In this document: positions 16,014 to 25,587 of the stretch, piece by piece
Numbering within the stretch: position 1 is the stretch's first letter
How the letters are laid out: every line of letters begins with the position of its first letter
Source of the DNA: a virus
IMG/VR virus record: IMGVR_UViG_3300045988_089644
Direction: 5' to 3' (one strand)
Length of the DNA stretch: 41,619 nt
The notes under the pieces: generated by a model
What the model was told of the DNA's origin: nothing
The model's input: the letters and a program-made list of their open reading frames with translations, nothing else
Database searches by the model: none
Position numbers and translations under genes: made by a program

Positions 16014-16406
16014 TTACTCCTTTCCGCACACAAAAGCCGCTTCTATAACCATTTCATAGACTCCGAAATCATCCGTTTCTATGTTTTGCAATTGATAGAG
16101 CGGCTGTACAAACTTAATTATCTTATCATTTACAGTTACATCCCTTATAGATGCTATCGCTTCAAATAAGCGTTTTCCTGCGTTTTCTGTGTCCCGTGGT
16201 GATTCATTCCAATGTAGCAATAAAGTAACGTATTTGAGTTCATATGAAGCTAATTGAGTACCACCAATCGGGACGTTATAATCATATTGGTGCTTACTGT
16301 TATAAACACCTATTGATTTTTCTTTTTTATCCGGCAATTTTCCCATATAGACGAAATCTGCCAGATTCAAAGATTCTATATAATCTCTAATATCTGCAAG
16401 CATCAT
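16014..16406 (-). CDS. Tail completion / terminator-like protein
   Basis: 130 aa. Assigned by position in the connector block. Confidence 0.4.
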   Translation of the reverse strand: MMLADIRDYIESLNLADFVYMGKLPDKKEKSIGVYNSKHQYDYNVPIGGTQLASYELKYVTLLLHWNESPRDTENAGKRLFEAIASIRDVTVNDKIIKFVQPLYQLQNIETDDFGVYEMVIEAAFVCGKE

Positions 16407-16783
16407 ACTTTTGTTAACCTCTTATAAATCTTTTTAAAAGCATCACGACAAAAATCAGCCGATACACCATCAATCCAAGGCTCGTACCACTTACCGCTTG
16501 CAAAAGCATTTTCAAAGGTCTGAAAATGATACTCAGGATGAAAGTACAACCGTCTTGCATAAGGTGTACTTGAAACAATACTGACTTTACCTCTTTTAGC
16601 ATGACTGTAATCTACAAATGTACTTTCATTTTGTAAATTACCTGTATCACGTGGCATGATCTCCGATTGAACAACTTCTGTGTGAAGTGCTTCGGCGGTC
16701 TGCTCTAAAGCTGTAGTTTGTGCCGCTGTTAATCCTTTTATTTTCGCAAGATTCAATTTAATAGTCGAACGAACATTCATCAT
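16403..16783 (-). CDS. HK97 gp10-like head-tail joining protein
   Basis: 126 aa with an IMPRDTGNLQNES motif typical of the gp10 family. Confidence 0.55.
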   Translation of the reverse strand: MMNVRSTIKLNLAKIKGLTAAQTTALEQTAEALHTEVVQSEIMPRDTGNLQNESTFVDYSHAKRGKVSIVSSTPYARRLYFHPEYHFQTFENAFASGKWYEPWIDGVSADFCRDAFKKIYKRLTKV

Positions 16784-17121
16784 ACTAACAACACCTCTGT
16801 ATAGTTAACTGTCCCATCGGGGTTACGAGCCTTCACACCCTGTTGTATGTGTCGTTCAACACCAAAAATGGTAGCTGTACCCTCTGAAATAACAGGTATG
16901 TCCGGGCAAATATCACCCGGAAACATAGCACAACCAGTTATTTCAATCGCTTTTTTCTGTTCTGTAAGTATAGTTTTCGCTTTATCCTGATAATTGCACT
17001 TTCCTACATATTCAAAAGCAGGAAGAGGTTCACCGTATTTGGTCAACCCTTCCTGCTTAATCTTTAAAACTATATCTGTCCGGCATAACGATTTAGGTAC
17101 TAAACAAGGATATTTTACCAT
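16780..17121 (-). CDS. Head closure-like protein
   Basis: Probable start MVKYPCLVPK at 17119-17121, overlapping the upstream stop. Assigned by position. Confidence 0.4.
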   Translation of the reverse strand: MVKYPCLVPKSLCRTDIVLKIKQEGLTKYGEPLPAFEYVGKCNYQDKAKTILTEQKKAIEITGCAMFPGDICPDIPVISEGTATIFGVERHIQQGVKARNPDGTVNYTEVLLV

Positions 17122-17513
17122 GGTGCTACTTTTGCAAGAGAACAACATAGACCTGTCTGACACAACAAAGAATATACATCTTTTCTCATTGCAACCCCTT
17201 TACTTGTAACTACATTCCATGATTCACCAAACTGTACAGAAACACCGTTGATGCTGTATCCTGACAGAACACTCTCAATCATGTCTGCATTTTCGTATTC
17301 AAACTCAGCCTGCTTACAAACTACCTCTTTGATGATGTCCTGCTGAAATTCTGTAAGGTTAGAAAAACCCTGACTTACAATTCTGTTATAAGTCAGGGAA
17401 TCAATGTGTCGTGATGCCTGTAATAAAGCCTTTCTTATATCATCTTCTGCAATTACACTTCCCTCATACCGGTCTGTGTAATATGCTTCTGACGCATAAC
17501 TCCTATATGACAT
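17115..17513 (-). CDS. Head-tail connector (gp6/gp15-like) protein
   Basis: 132 aa, first gene after the capsid block. Confidence 0.45.
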   Translation of the reverse strand: MSYRSYASEAYYTDRYEGSVIAEDDIRKALLQASRHIDSLTYNRIVSQGFSNLTEFQQDIIKEVVCKQAEFEYENADMIESVLSGYSINGVSVQFGESWNVVTSKGVAMRKDVYSLLCQTGLCCSLAKVAPW

Positions 17514-17798
17514 TTATGCACCTGCTTTCTTACCCCTGTTGGATGTTTTCTCCGCTTTTGTCTCTACAGGTTCAGATGTCTCATACTCAGATAACTGTTT
17601 CTGTAAACATAAAACCTCTTTCTGTAAAGCTTCTTTTTCTGTTTTTAAATTCATATAATCCTCATATGAGACTGTTTTACCTTTACCGTATGCAATAACA
17701 GTCCCATCGTCATTATAGATGTCGAAACCCTGACTCTGATAATCAGAAACCTGCGCTTCTGTGATTGTATAAACCTTATTCCCTTTCTCTGCTAACAT
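17514..17798 (-). CDS. Hypothetical head-associated protein (coiled coil)
   Basis: 94 aa, tightly packed after the capsid gene. Confidence 0.45.
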   Translation of the reverse strand: MLAEKGNKVYTITEAQVSDYQSQGFDIYNDDGTVIAYGKGKTVSYEDYMNLKTEKEALQKEVLCLQKQLSEYETSEPVETKAEKTSNRGKKAGA

Positions 17799-18698
17799 TT
17801 ACGCACTCTCCTTATTGATTGCGATACCACAGGCTTTTCTTTCAATCAAGAACGTATCAGTATAATATCTGTTCTGATATACATACTTATCCGCTGTTCT
17901 TGAATCTGAACCCGGTGTAAATAACTTCATATAAGCGTATTTATCACGGCTAATAACACAAGACGGATGTACTAAAATCATGTTAATCTGTTTTGCATCT
18001 ACTGCCGGAACACATCCTGTTGTAAAATCATACTTTGTCTTAAAACGAGCAGACGGTACAGATTTTAATGTTACATCATCAAGACCATGAACACGTCTGT
18101 CAATAACACCAGCTGCACCAACTGAGATTGTTCTTGTGATACCTTCGGCATTTTTAAGTAACTTCTGCATTGCAGATGTGAGGTAAAGGATACGTCCTTC
18201 CTGTGGTACAGATTTATCGTCCATGATGGACATCTGCTCATCAAACCACTCGAGAATATTACTTGCTGTAAGTGCTGTTTCATCAATGACTGAACCTGCG
18301 GACTTATACGTTGTTGCTTCTGTAAGTAACTTACTGAATCGGTATGAGTCCTTTTCAGGAATTGCCTGTTCTTCTTCAAATACATTCTGAATATTTGCCA
18401 TCTCAACAACAAGATTTGTTTCGTCAATATCCATTGGGTCAATCGGAATCTCAATGTCTCTGTCATGTGAAAGCTTTTTCGGTTCCCAGTCGTTACTTGC
18501 TGTCCCGGTATTGAATCCCATAATGTTTCTATTATGGTCTTTGTAGCCGGATACTGTTAATCGCGGGATTTTAATTGTCTGTGCATTTAAAAATTTAATA
18601 CCCTGATTAGAAAGTGTTAAATCGTTTGAAACCATTTCTCTAGCGTATTTCTGCGCTAACTCACGTTCAAACGTCTGTGCATAATCAAATACTGACAT
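17799..18698 (-). CDS. Major capsid protein
   Basis: 299 aa, directly after the scaffold gene. Confidence 0.7.
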   Translation of the reverse strand: MSVFDYAQTFERELAQKYAREMVSNDLTLSNQGIKFLNAQTIKIPRLTVSGYKDHNRNIMGFNTGTASNDWEPKKLSHDRDIEIPIDPMDIDETNLVVEMANIQNVFEEEQAIPEKDSYRFSKLLTEATTYKSAGSVIDETALTASNILEWFDEQMSIMDDKSVPQEGRILYLTSAMQKLLKNAEGITRTISVGAAGVIDRRVHGLDDVTLKSVPSARFKTKYDFTTGCVPAVDAKQINMILVHPSCVISRDKYAYMKLFTPGSDSRTADKYVYQNRYYTDTFLIERKACGIAINKESA

Positions 18699-18716
18699 TC
18701 TTTATACCTCTTTTCT

Positions 18717-19370
18717 TTATTTTTTATTTCCAAAAATTGAAGCAAGCTGGTCGTTCTGATTTCCCTGCTGTTGATTACTTCCAGATGCTCCAATCTGAAA
18801 ACCGGTCTGTTGATTTGCCTGAGGTTTTAACTCAGGTAATGCTTCAAGTACTTTATTTAACTGTGCTTTAAGCGTTTCATCATTAATCTTACCTTCTTTA
18901 TCAACAACTTCTGATAAATCTGCAAGTTTTAAAACAAACGGGATTTTTTTAGAATCAATGCCGAGCTGTACCGCCTGCATGATTGCAGCATTTTCAATCT
19001 GTGCTTTCTGTGCCGCATCCTGTGCCTGAGTAAGTTGAGTCTGCATAGCATTTACATCAGGTGTGTTAGCCGCTTTCTGCTGTTTAAATGTGTTGATAGC
19101 CTGTTCAACTTCTTCCTGAGAAAGTCCCTGTTGTTTGAAATATGCCTTTAATGCAGTATTTTCTTTTGCTTCAAGTGTTCCATTAAGCATCTGCTGAATC
19201 TTATCGTAATCAATCTGTGTACCACTCTGACTGTTCTGATTCTGATTCTGATTCTGATTATTAGGTTCTGGATTAGATGAACCCGGTTCATTAGTTCCTG
19301 AACCACCGCCTACACCGCCCGGCTGTGCAAAAAACTGTAATCTCATCGGCATTTTAATATTCTTATACAT
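18717..19370 (-). CDS. Scaffolding protein (DUF4355 / GP20-like)
   Basis: Start MYKNIKMPMRLQFFA at 19368-19370 with an AAGGGG RBS. It has the characteristic N-terminal LQFFA motif, a Gln/Asn-rich linker and helical repeats. Confidence 0.75.
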   Translation of the reverse strand: MYKNIKMPMRLQFFAQPGGVGGGSGTNEPGSSNPEPNNQNQNQNQNSQSGTQIDYDKIQQMLNGTLEAKENTALKAYFKQQGLSQEEVEQAINTFKQQKAANTPDVNAMQTQLTQAQDAAQKAQIENAAIMQAVQLGIDSKKIPFVLKLADLSEVVDKEGKINDETLKAQLNKVLEALPELKPQANQQTGFQIGASGSNQQQGNQNDQLASIFGNKK

Positions 19371-19444
19371 TCTTGTTACCCCTTTCCGTTTTAAGAGTGT
19401 CACTCTATTTCCATTTTCTTCGGTGTCCCCGTCCACGCATCTTT

Positions 19445-19633
19445 TTATGACTTATCGTGTTTGGTCTTACTCTCTGTTTCCTTTTCTTTTTCCTTTTCTG
19501 TGATTCTTTTCACAAGTCGTAATTCTTCTAGCTTGATACAGCGTTTTTCAGTTACTTCAATAGTCTCACCCACTTCTCTTAACTTATAATCAACAGTACT
19601 ATCATTAAATTTTTCAATTACTTTTGCTTTCAT
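19445..19633 (-). CDS. Hypothetical protein
   Basis: 62-aa ORF in operon orientation. Confidence 0.4.
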   Translation of the reverse strand: MKAKVIEKFNDSTVDYKLREVGETIEVTEKRCIKLEELRLVKRITEKEKEKETESKTKHDKS

Positions 19634-19654
19634 ATCCTCTATCCCCCTAAAAAT

Positions 19655-19690
19655 AAGTATAAAAATACCACTGATTAAAAATCAGTGGTA
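19655..19690 (-). terminator. Intrinsic terminator inside the late operon
   Basis: TACCACTGAT / ATCAGTGGTA 10-bp stem (19666-19690) with a 5-nt loop, followed on the minus strand by ATTTTTATACTTATTTTT. Confidence 0.6.
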
Positions 19691-19702
19691 AAATTGCACT
19701 AT

Positions 19703-19888
19703 TTAAAATTGATTAAAGCGTCCAGCGTTTTTATCTTCAAATTCACACGTGAGCATTTCTTTGTGTTTTTCTAATGCCAGCTTTTCAAATTGTTTCTTAT
19801 CCTCAGTGTTAGCGGCTTCTTTTGCTTTTCTCATCAAATCTCTATACTCACGAACGAGTCTATCATTTTTTTCATTATGTTTTAACAA
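19703..19888 (-). CDS. Hypothetical protein
   Basis: 61-aa charged helical ORF following the gp7-like gene. Confidence 0.4.
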   Translation of the reverse strand: MLKHNEKNDRLVREYRDLMRKAKEAANTEDKKQFEKLALEKHKEMLTCEFEDKNAGRFNQF

Positions 19889-19890
19889 AA

Positions 19891-21837
19891 TTACACCTCT
19901 TTCACTTTAATTACACATACAACTTGTTGTTTCAACTCTGACTCTAAAGTAATCAAATCATCAGGAAAATATAATAATTCTTTATGTTTTGAAACGTAAT
20001 CATATTTACTTTCACTAACCATTTCAACGACTTCATAATCAGCATTAGATAAAACCTCTGCTTCTCTACTTCCAAATTTTGAAATATGCTGCACTCCTAC
20101 ACCTGTTTTATTGTTAACACACTCTAATATAACTGTACTTGACTCTGCTGCCTGCGTGGATGCACTTCCGAACGCTTCTGCAACAACTTTATCGCTCGAC
20201 CAGCTTGATAAAGTACCTTTTGTCGGTATCTTATCCCCTACTTTTAAATGAGTGAATTGTGTTATATTACCGTCTGAATAATCAGAAAAACACAACCCAC
20301 GGTAAATGGAACCATCGTAAGTTGGCATTCTGTCAAGACCTGCATTGATGATTTTTGCTGTTTCTGTCTCACCTGCAAGAATTGATTCATAATCCCCACC
20401 GAAATATTCCATTAATGCATCGTGAAAAATTTCAGCGTCTTTCTCCGAATATCCAGTGTCCTGTTTTATCTGCTCTAAAGCTTTTTTATTATATTCCTCT
20501 AACTTATCATCAAGTATCTTTCCTGAGAATTCTGTTTCTAATTGTTTTCGTTTCGGCTTTTGTGATAACAAATCTGATTTCTTGCGTGTGATGTCCTTTA
20601 ACTTACTGTCGATTTCTTGCAGTTTCTTAACCTCAGCACTATTTTCAGCCGTTATACCCCTAAACCCGTCCTCTATTGATTCATAGTCTTTAAACCATTC
20701 ATCATAAGAATAACCATCCGTTGAAACACTAAACTGTTCTTTCAGATTATCAATCTGAGTATTAGCATCTGATATTTTATCCTGTAAAGTTATTGTATCA
20801 GCATTTTCAGCTAATCTCAAATACTTTTCTTTATTCTCCTGATCTAAAGAATTATCAGCTAATCTTTGAAACTTTTTCTTTTGACGTTCCCTGTATTGCT
20901 GTTTTGCTTCACTCTTTGCCTGTTCTTCCAAGTTAGCAATTTCTTTTTTGTTATATTTTGCATCAACTGTTGTGATACCGGGAAAATATGTTGTATGTGA
21001 ATCCTTACAACGTGGATGATATAATCCGGCTGCTATTGCGGTAGACATTAACGGATAATTACCGTCTTTTTTACTTCCACCACTCCACACATCATCAATC
21101 ATGATTTTCCCTACAAACGGTAAACATTTAGGGCAAGGACAACCACGCTTGTTCATAATGACGAGATGTAACCCCCACTCTTGACGTTTTGTCCCTTCAC
21201 CTTGCAGATATGCCCTTTTAGATGCTGTTCTGAGTGCCATATCTGCGTAATCTGCTATAGTGTGTCTTGCTCCATTCTTATATACAACACAATTTATCCC
21301 TGATGAAAGAAAGTCCTTCGTAGCCATATCTACAGACTTCTCATAAGTACCTGCCCCTGTATTTGCGTACACCTGAGCGTTAAATATGACCTTACGATAC
21401 TGGTCGTTAGCCATTCTTAAGACCGCTGTTTCTGCTTTCTTCATGTCAGATGTGGTAGCCTGAATCAGAGCATCTAATTTTCTGTCGTTAACCTTAAAAA
21501 AAGATGCCTGCATGGCATCCGTTGGTGCTTTAGCACCCTTGAAACCTTTTTGTATCATTTCAAGAATCTTAGTTTCCTGACCCATATAGCCTTTTTGATT
21601 TGCTTCACGAATAGCAACTTCTATCTGTGTGTTAATAGCTGAGAATTCTTTCCCAAACTTTTTCTGATTTGCTTTTTTATACTTTTCTAAGGCTTCAAGC
21701 TGTTTAACCTGCCACATTTCCCATTGTTTCTGTTCGTTGATTTCTTCAACATGATGCCGCTTCATATTACGAATCATTGAAGAAATCAACTCTTCTTCAA
21801 TAGCGTCAAAGGCTGCTGCAATATCATAATCAGCCAT
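19891..21837 (-). CDS. Minor head protein (SPP1 gp7 / Mu F family) fused to a C-terminal ADP-ribosyltransferase domain
   Basis: 648 aa. N-terminal half has CPCPKCLP...YHPRCKDSHT, typical of gp7/MuF. The C-terminal ~160 aa carry the R-S-E triad: SIYRGL, LSSWSSD and SREAEVL (ExE). Confidence 0.8.
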   Translation of the reverse strand: MADYDIAAAFDAIEEELISSMIRNMKRHHVEEINEQKQWEMWQVKQLEALEKYKKANQKKFGKEFSAINTQIEVAIREANQKGYMGQETKILEMIQKGFKGAKAPTDAMQASFFKVNDRKLDALIQATTSDMKKAETAVLRMANDQYRKVIFNAQVYANTGAGTYEKSVDMATKDFLSSGINCVVYKNGARHTIADYADMALRTASKRAYLQGEGTKRQEWGLHLVIMNKRGCPCPKCLPFVGKIMIDDVWSGGSKKDGNYPLMSTAIAAGLYHPRCKDSHTTYFPGITTVDAKYNKKEIANLEEQAKSEAKQQYRERQKKKFQRLADNSLDQENKEKYLRLAENADTITLQDKISDANTQIDNLKEQFSVSTDGYSYDEWFKDYESIEDGFRGITAENSAEVKKLQEIDSKLKDITRKKSDLLSQKPKRKQLETEFSGKILDDKLEEYNKKALEQIKQDTGYSEKDAEIFHDALMEYFGGDYESILAGETETAKIINAGLDRMPTYDGSIYRGLCFSDYSDGNITQFTHLKVGDKIPTKGTLSSWSSDKVVAEAFGSASTQAAESSTVILECVNNKTGVGVQHISKFGSREAEVLSNADYEVVEMVSESKYDYVSKHKELLYFPDDLITLESELKQQVVCVIKVKEV

Positions 21838-22073
21838 TAACTACCACCTCTATTTGCATAGACTTTATAACCCTGTCTCTTCCAGTTTCGGGTCATTTCT
21901 TTTACTTTTCCTACGCTTGAAGCTTTATCATATCTTAATTCTGCCTTATTTCCTTTTTCAATCGCATATACCCCACAAGGTACTTGCTCACTCGCTACTT
22001 GCAGAAGACCCTGATATTCCTTTTTGTCCATCTGATATGTTCTTTTCCCTACCAGTACTACCATTTTCATCAC
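21837..22073 (-). CDS. Hypothetical protein overlapping the portal 3' end
   Basis: 78-aa ORF. The start is uncertain (alternative MDKKEYQ at 22031). It overlaps the portal gene by 44-86 nt. Confidence 0.35.
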   Translation of the reverse strand: MMKMVVLVGKRTYQMDKKEYQGLLQVASEQVPCGVYAIEKGNKAELRYDKASSVGKVKEMTRNWKRQGYKVYANRGGS

Positions 22074-23580
22074 CCACGTTCATACTAAAATCACCTGCAC
22101 TTAGATTCACACCCGGTTCTTCTAAGTCAGCAAGTCCCTGTTCCTGTTTCAAGCGTTCAATCTCTTCATTTTTACAATGTTCATCGAGTGAATCACCGTA
22201 AAGTTCTTCAACTGACTGTTCAATGCTCATGATTCCACCTTGTCGTGCTTTTACGACTGTCTCAACCTGAGACTCAAAGGATGGGTTAGCATATTCTTTA
22301 AATTTCACATTTACTTCAACATCTTCTAATGATTCATTGTGTAAAATGTGATATGCATTAATTGCCACATTTACAAGTTCCGGCAAAGTCTCCTGTAATG
22401 CATCAATAATTGCATTACGAGTATAGAGTGTCGTTTTCTCTTTTTCTCGCTGTGCGTCTGCATTATCAAGTTTCTTAACATCAATCCCCAACGTAGACGG
22501 GGAAATGATTCCTTGTAGGCAAATATCTAATGCCGTACAATATGCAGCTGTATAACTGTCGTATGGGATTTCAGGTTGATCTGTATTGATTACATTTTTC
22601 TGCCCCTCTCTTAAATCACCTTCCGCTGCAAAGTAGCGATTGTCGAACGGGTTCGGTCTGATTATTGCACCTGATTCCGGGTCACGTGGAACTAAACAAT
22701 CAGGTATGTACGTTTTTGCTCTACCTGCTCGTAAAGCATCCATCCATTGAGACCAGCATTCGTCAAATGCATCGAAAGAATCTAATTTACCATCAAAGAT
22801 ACTTCCACCTCTACCTTCGAACTGACTACTTTCGTAAATTTGAAGCGGTACAGCAAGAATTATACTCTTGTCAAATGCAACAGGCTGCATATTTGCCGTT
22901 TCTTCAAGTGCAGTCAGTGGGACTTCTGTCTCACCTTTGTACAACTGAGGGATTATATAGCCATATCCATAATGTTCATTAAGTACATACTGTTGACTTC
23001 CTCTCATATATGCTTTTTTGAATACAATTTCTTTGAGTCTTCCACGATTCAGTATAATTTCAATACGTTCACCCGAATACCACTCTAAGATGGGATACTG
23101 ACTTAACTCTGTATCAACAGAGATCTTATAAGCACCGTCACCTACAACAAGCGTTTCTTTCAATGACTTCTCAAACTTCTTACGAAATTTATTGTCTTTC
23201 TCAATTTCTTCCCACAATTGTTCCTGTTTCGTGTTAGGAAATTCGAAGTCTTCCATGCCCGACACGATGATACTATTCAGCGTCCTGACAATCAGTGCAG
23301 GTAATCCCGTATGAATTTTTCTCATTTCCATGCCGGGTGTAGAACGAGAAGACCAGAATTTGTACTTATCTGCATACTCCGGCATCTGTTGACACATCTG
23401 TTCAATTTTATTTGCATCAGCTGAATACCAGATTTTGTTGCGTATTGCAGCCATTTCAAAATCCATCGTCTCATTGATTTGAATTACATAAGGACTTGCA
23501 GGTATGACATTCAACCAACTTCTGATACCATGTTTTATTGTCTCACTCAATTTCTGTGTCCACCTCATTTCCTTATTCAC
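21988..23580 (-). CDS. Portal protein (SPP1 gp6-like)
   Basis: 530 aa. Located between TerL and the gp7-like gene. Acidic, Ser-rich C-terminus. Confidence 0.8.
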   Translation of the reverse strand: MNKEMRWTQKLSETIKHGIRSWLNVIPASPYVIQINETMDFEMAAIRNKIWYSADANKIEQMCQQMPEYADKYKFWSSRSTPGMEMRKIHTGLPALIVRTLNSIIVSGMEDFEFPNTKQEQLWEEIEKDNKFRKKFEKSLKETLVVGDGAYKISVDTELSQYPILEWYSGERIEIILNRGRLKEIVFKKAYMRGSQQYVLNEHYGYGYIIPQLYKGETEVPLTALEETANMQPVAFDKSIILAVPLQIYESSQFEGRGGSIFDGKLDSFDAFDECWSQWMDALRAGRAKTYIPDCLVPRDPESGAIIRPNPFDNRYFAAEGDLREGQKNVINTDQPEIPYDSYTAAYCTALDICLQGIISPSTLGIDVKKLDNADAQREKEKTTLYTRNAIIDALQETLPELVNVAINAYHILHNESLEDVEVNVKFKEYANPSFESQVETVVKARQGGIMSIEQSVEELYGDSLDEHCKNEEIERLKQEQGLADLEEPGVNLSAGDFSMNVGDENGSTGREKNISDGQKGISGSSASSE

Positions 23581-24941
23581 CCCTCTTCAAAACCGATTCT
23601 ATCCCGGTAAGGTATCCATGCGTATTGATTAGCGTTGACCGTATGGTCGTTACCGTCTTCCGGCTTGTCCTTTTCTTCATCCCACGAATATGTTTCTAAT
23701 TCATGAATGTGATTAGTGCACGTGTCAACTACTAAATAACAGCCTTGCTGTATCCAGCCGAGCTGTAAGTTAATTCTGTCTAATATTTCAACTTTCTTGT
23801 AACTATCAATAAATGTGTATAAACAACTGTGAAGTCGTTTCCACTTTCGCAACTCTGTCATTGTCGCCTGATCTGCACAGTCAACATATACATTTCTTGC
23901 AAATCCCCACTCTTTGCGACATGATTCAAGAAATTCAATGTATTTAACTGCTGTATCAGAAGGTGCAAGCGGTATGTCTAGTGTTGCATTGTTATATACT
24001 TTTTCAGATAACGTGATTAACTTTCTGTCTTCTGTAATTCCTTGAAAAATCATTGCGATTGTATCAGGAGATTTAGAAGAGTAAGCTGTATCAAGTCCGG
24101 CGGTAAACATTTTGAACTTTACCTTTCCGGCTTTTATCTGTTTCTTTAATTCGTCTTTTTTAATAACGTGCTTACGCACATCAAAATTAGGAAAAATCAA
24201 GCCAGTAGCCTTACCCCGTAAGCCCTGAATCTTATTTTTATACAGCTTCGTGCCAGGTGGTGCTGACCTGATTTTTTTAGCAATATCTTCTTTTGTTAGG
24301 CTGAGATTATCTTCAAACGTAAAAAACCAGTATCGCCATTTCGGTACTGGTGTCTCTGTCAACTCAGACATAATCTCAGCTGGTACATCTTTTTTATATT
24401 TTTTATACGGTCTGGAGCGGTTCACAAATTCCTTGTAAACGGGTAAGTTCGGGTCATCCGGGTTGAGCGTAGCCATGAGGTAATCATTTCTGGTTGATAC
24501 CTCACGAACAAAATCAATGTCTGCCGTGTTTATCTCGTCAATATATACACAACCGTACTGACCGCCCAGTGCATTTTCCCATTGGTCCCTGTTACTGTAC
24601 GGTAATACAAAAATTATCTTATCTTCAAACTTGATATGAGGTATCTTATAACTTTTATCACCGTTACCACAGTAGGTAGCGGTCGGATGTATGTCTAAAA
24701 TACCGTTATCCTGTTGGATGATATTCTTTTCCGCTGTACCTGTTGTTCTACTTGCAATGATGTGTAATTTCTTTTTGCTCTTACTCACCATCCGCATGAA
24801 CTTAACACCTGCACCGACTGTTGTTTTACCTGATGCTGTTGTCCCTTCAAGGAAATCTGCATCTACTCCGTCAACTGTATTGATAAAATCAATGTACTTT
24901 TGCGAAAGTGGGAAAGAACTACTCTTCAAGTCCCTCACCAC
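23577..24941 (-). CDS. terL: Terminase large subunit
   Basis: 454 aa. Walker A GTTASGKT, Walker B-like CVYIDEIN, and a C-terminal nuclease region with acidic motifs. Confidence 0.85.
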   Translation of the reverse strand: MVRDLKSSSFPLSQKYIDFINTVDGVDADFLEGTTASGKTTVGAGVKFMRMVSKSKKKLHIIASRTTGTAEKNIIQQDNGILDIHPTATYCGNGDKSYKIPHIKFEDKIIFVLPYSNRDQWENALGGQYGCVYIDEINTADIDFVREVSTRNDYLMATLNPDDPNLPVYKEFVNRSRPYKKYKKDVPAEIMSELTETPVPKWRYWFFTFEDNLSLTKEDIAKKIRSAPPGTKLYKNKIQGLRGKATGLIFPNFDVRKHVIKKDELKKQIKAGKVKFKMFTAGLDTAYSSKSPDTIAMIFQGITEDRKLITLSEKVYNNATLDIPLAPSDTAVKYIEFLESCRKEWGFARNVYVDCADQATMTELRKWKRLHSCLYTFIDSYKKVEILDRINLQLGWIQQGCYLVVDTCTNHIHELETYSWDEEKDKPEDGNDHTVNANQYAWIPYRDRIGFEEG

Positions 24942-25434
24942 CTAGCTGACTGATAATATCGTCAAGTTTTTCTGACTTCTCTACAGTCACATTAAACTTA
25001 TCAGACCACATTCCTAAGTGTTTTCCTAAGAGTTCAAGTGCTTTAAGTTTAGATGCAATCTTGACCTCTCTTTCAACACTACCCCCGTACTCGTTGTCTG
25101 ATTCCTTATATTTGATTGATTCGATGCAGGCTAGATCATCAGGAGATGCATCCTCTTTGATTTTTCCGTTACTGTCAACAATGTCTGTCATTTTAGCAAA
25201 TGCAACTTTTGCAAGCTCAAGTACAACCCTGTCTTGATTTACTCCTGTACGTTTTGAACGCTGTGCTTGTTTTTCCGCAACTGCCTGTTTAACCTTGACA
25301 TTTGCCAACAGCCTTGAACCTTGTTGGTCTGCTGTTTTAGCTGAATAACCTGCCCTGATAGCCGCCTGTGTTGCGTTCAGGTCAATCAGGTATTCATCTA
25401 CAAACCATTGCTGTTTATCTGTTAGCTTTGCCAT
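24919..25434 (-). CDS. terS: Terminase small subunit (Terminase_2 / P27 family)
   Basis: MAKLTDKQQWFVDEYLIDLNATQAAIRAGYSAKTADQQGSRLL is the family-typical HTH N-terminus. The start is either ATG 25434 or GTG 25440. Confidence 0.9.
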   Translation of the reverse strand: MAKLTDKQQWFVDEYLIDLNATQAAIRAGYSAKTADQQGSRLLANVKVKQAVAEKQAQRSKRTGVNQDRVVLELAKVAFAKMTDIVDSNGKIKEDASPDDLACIESIKYKESDNEYGGSVEREVKIASKLKALELLGKHLGMWSDKFNVTVEKSEKLDDIISQLGGEGLEE

Positions 25435-25456
25435 CCTCACAACACCGCCTTTCTAT

Positions 25457-25491
25457 CAAACAAAATGCGGATAATCTATAGAATTATCCGC
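25457..25491 (-). terminator. Intrinsic terminator in the terS leader
   Basis: Minus strand reads GCGGATAAT-TCTATAG-ATTATCCGC followed by ATTTTGTTTG. It lies about 20 nt upstream of the terS RBS. Confidence 0.6.
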
Positions 25492-25512
25492 GAAAAATTA
25501 TTTTACACATAC

Positions 25513-25541
25513 ATCATAAGATATACGCTCTTTTGTGTCAA
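25513..25541 (-). promoter_or_regulatory. Near-consensus sigma-A promoter (TTGACA-N17-TATGAT) upstream of the terS leader terminator
   Basis: Minus strand reads ATAT TTGACA CAAAAGAGCGTATATCT TATGAT GTATGTG. Confidence 0.6.
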
Positions 25542-25587
25542 ATATGAAATAATATGATAATATACGATAAAATACTATTAACTACTA

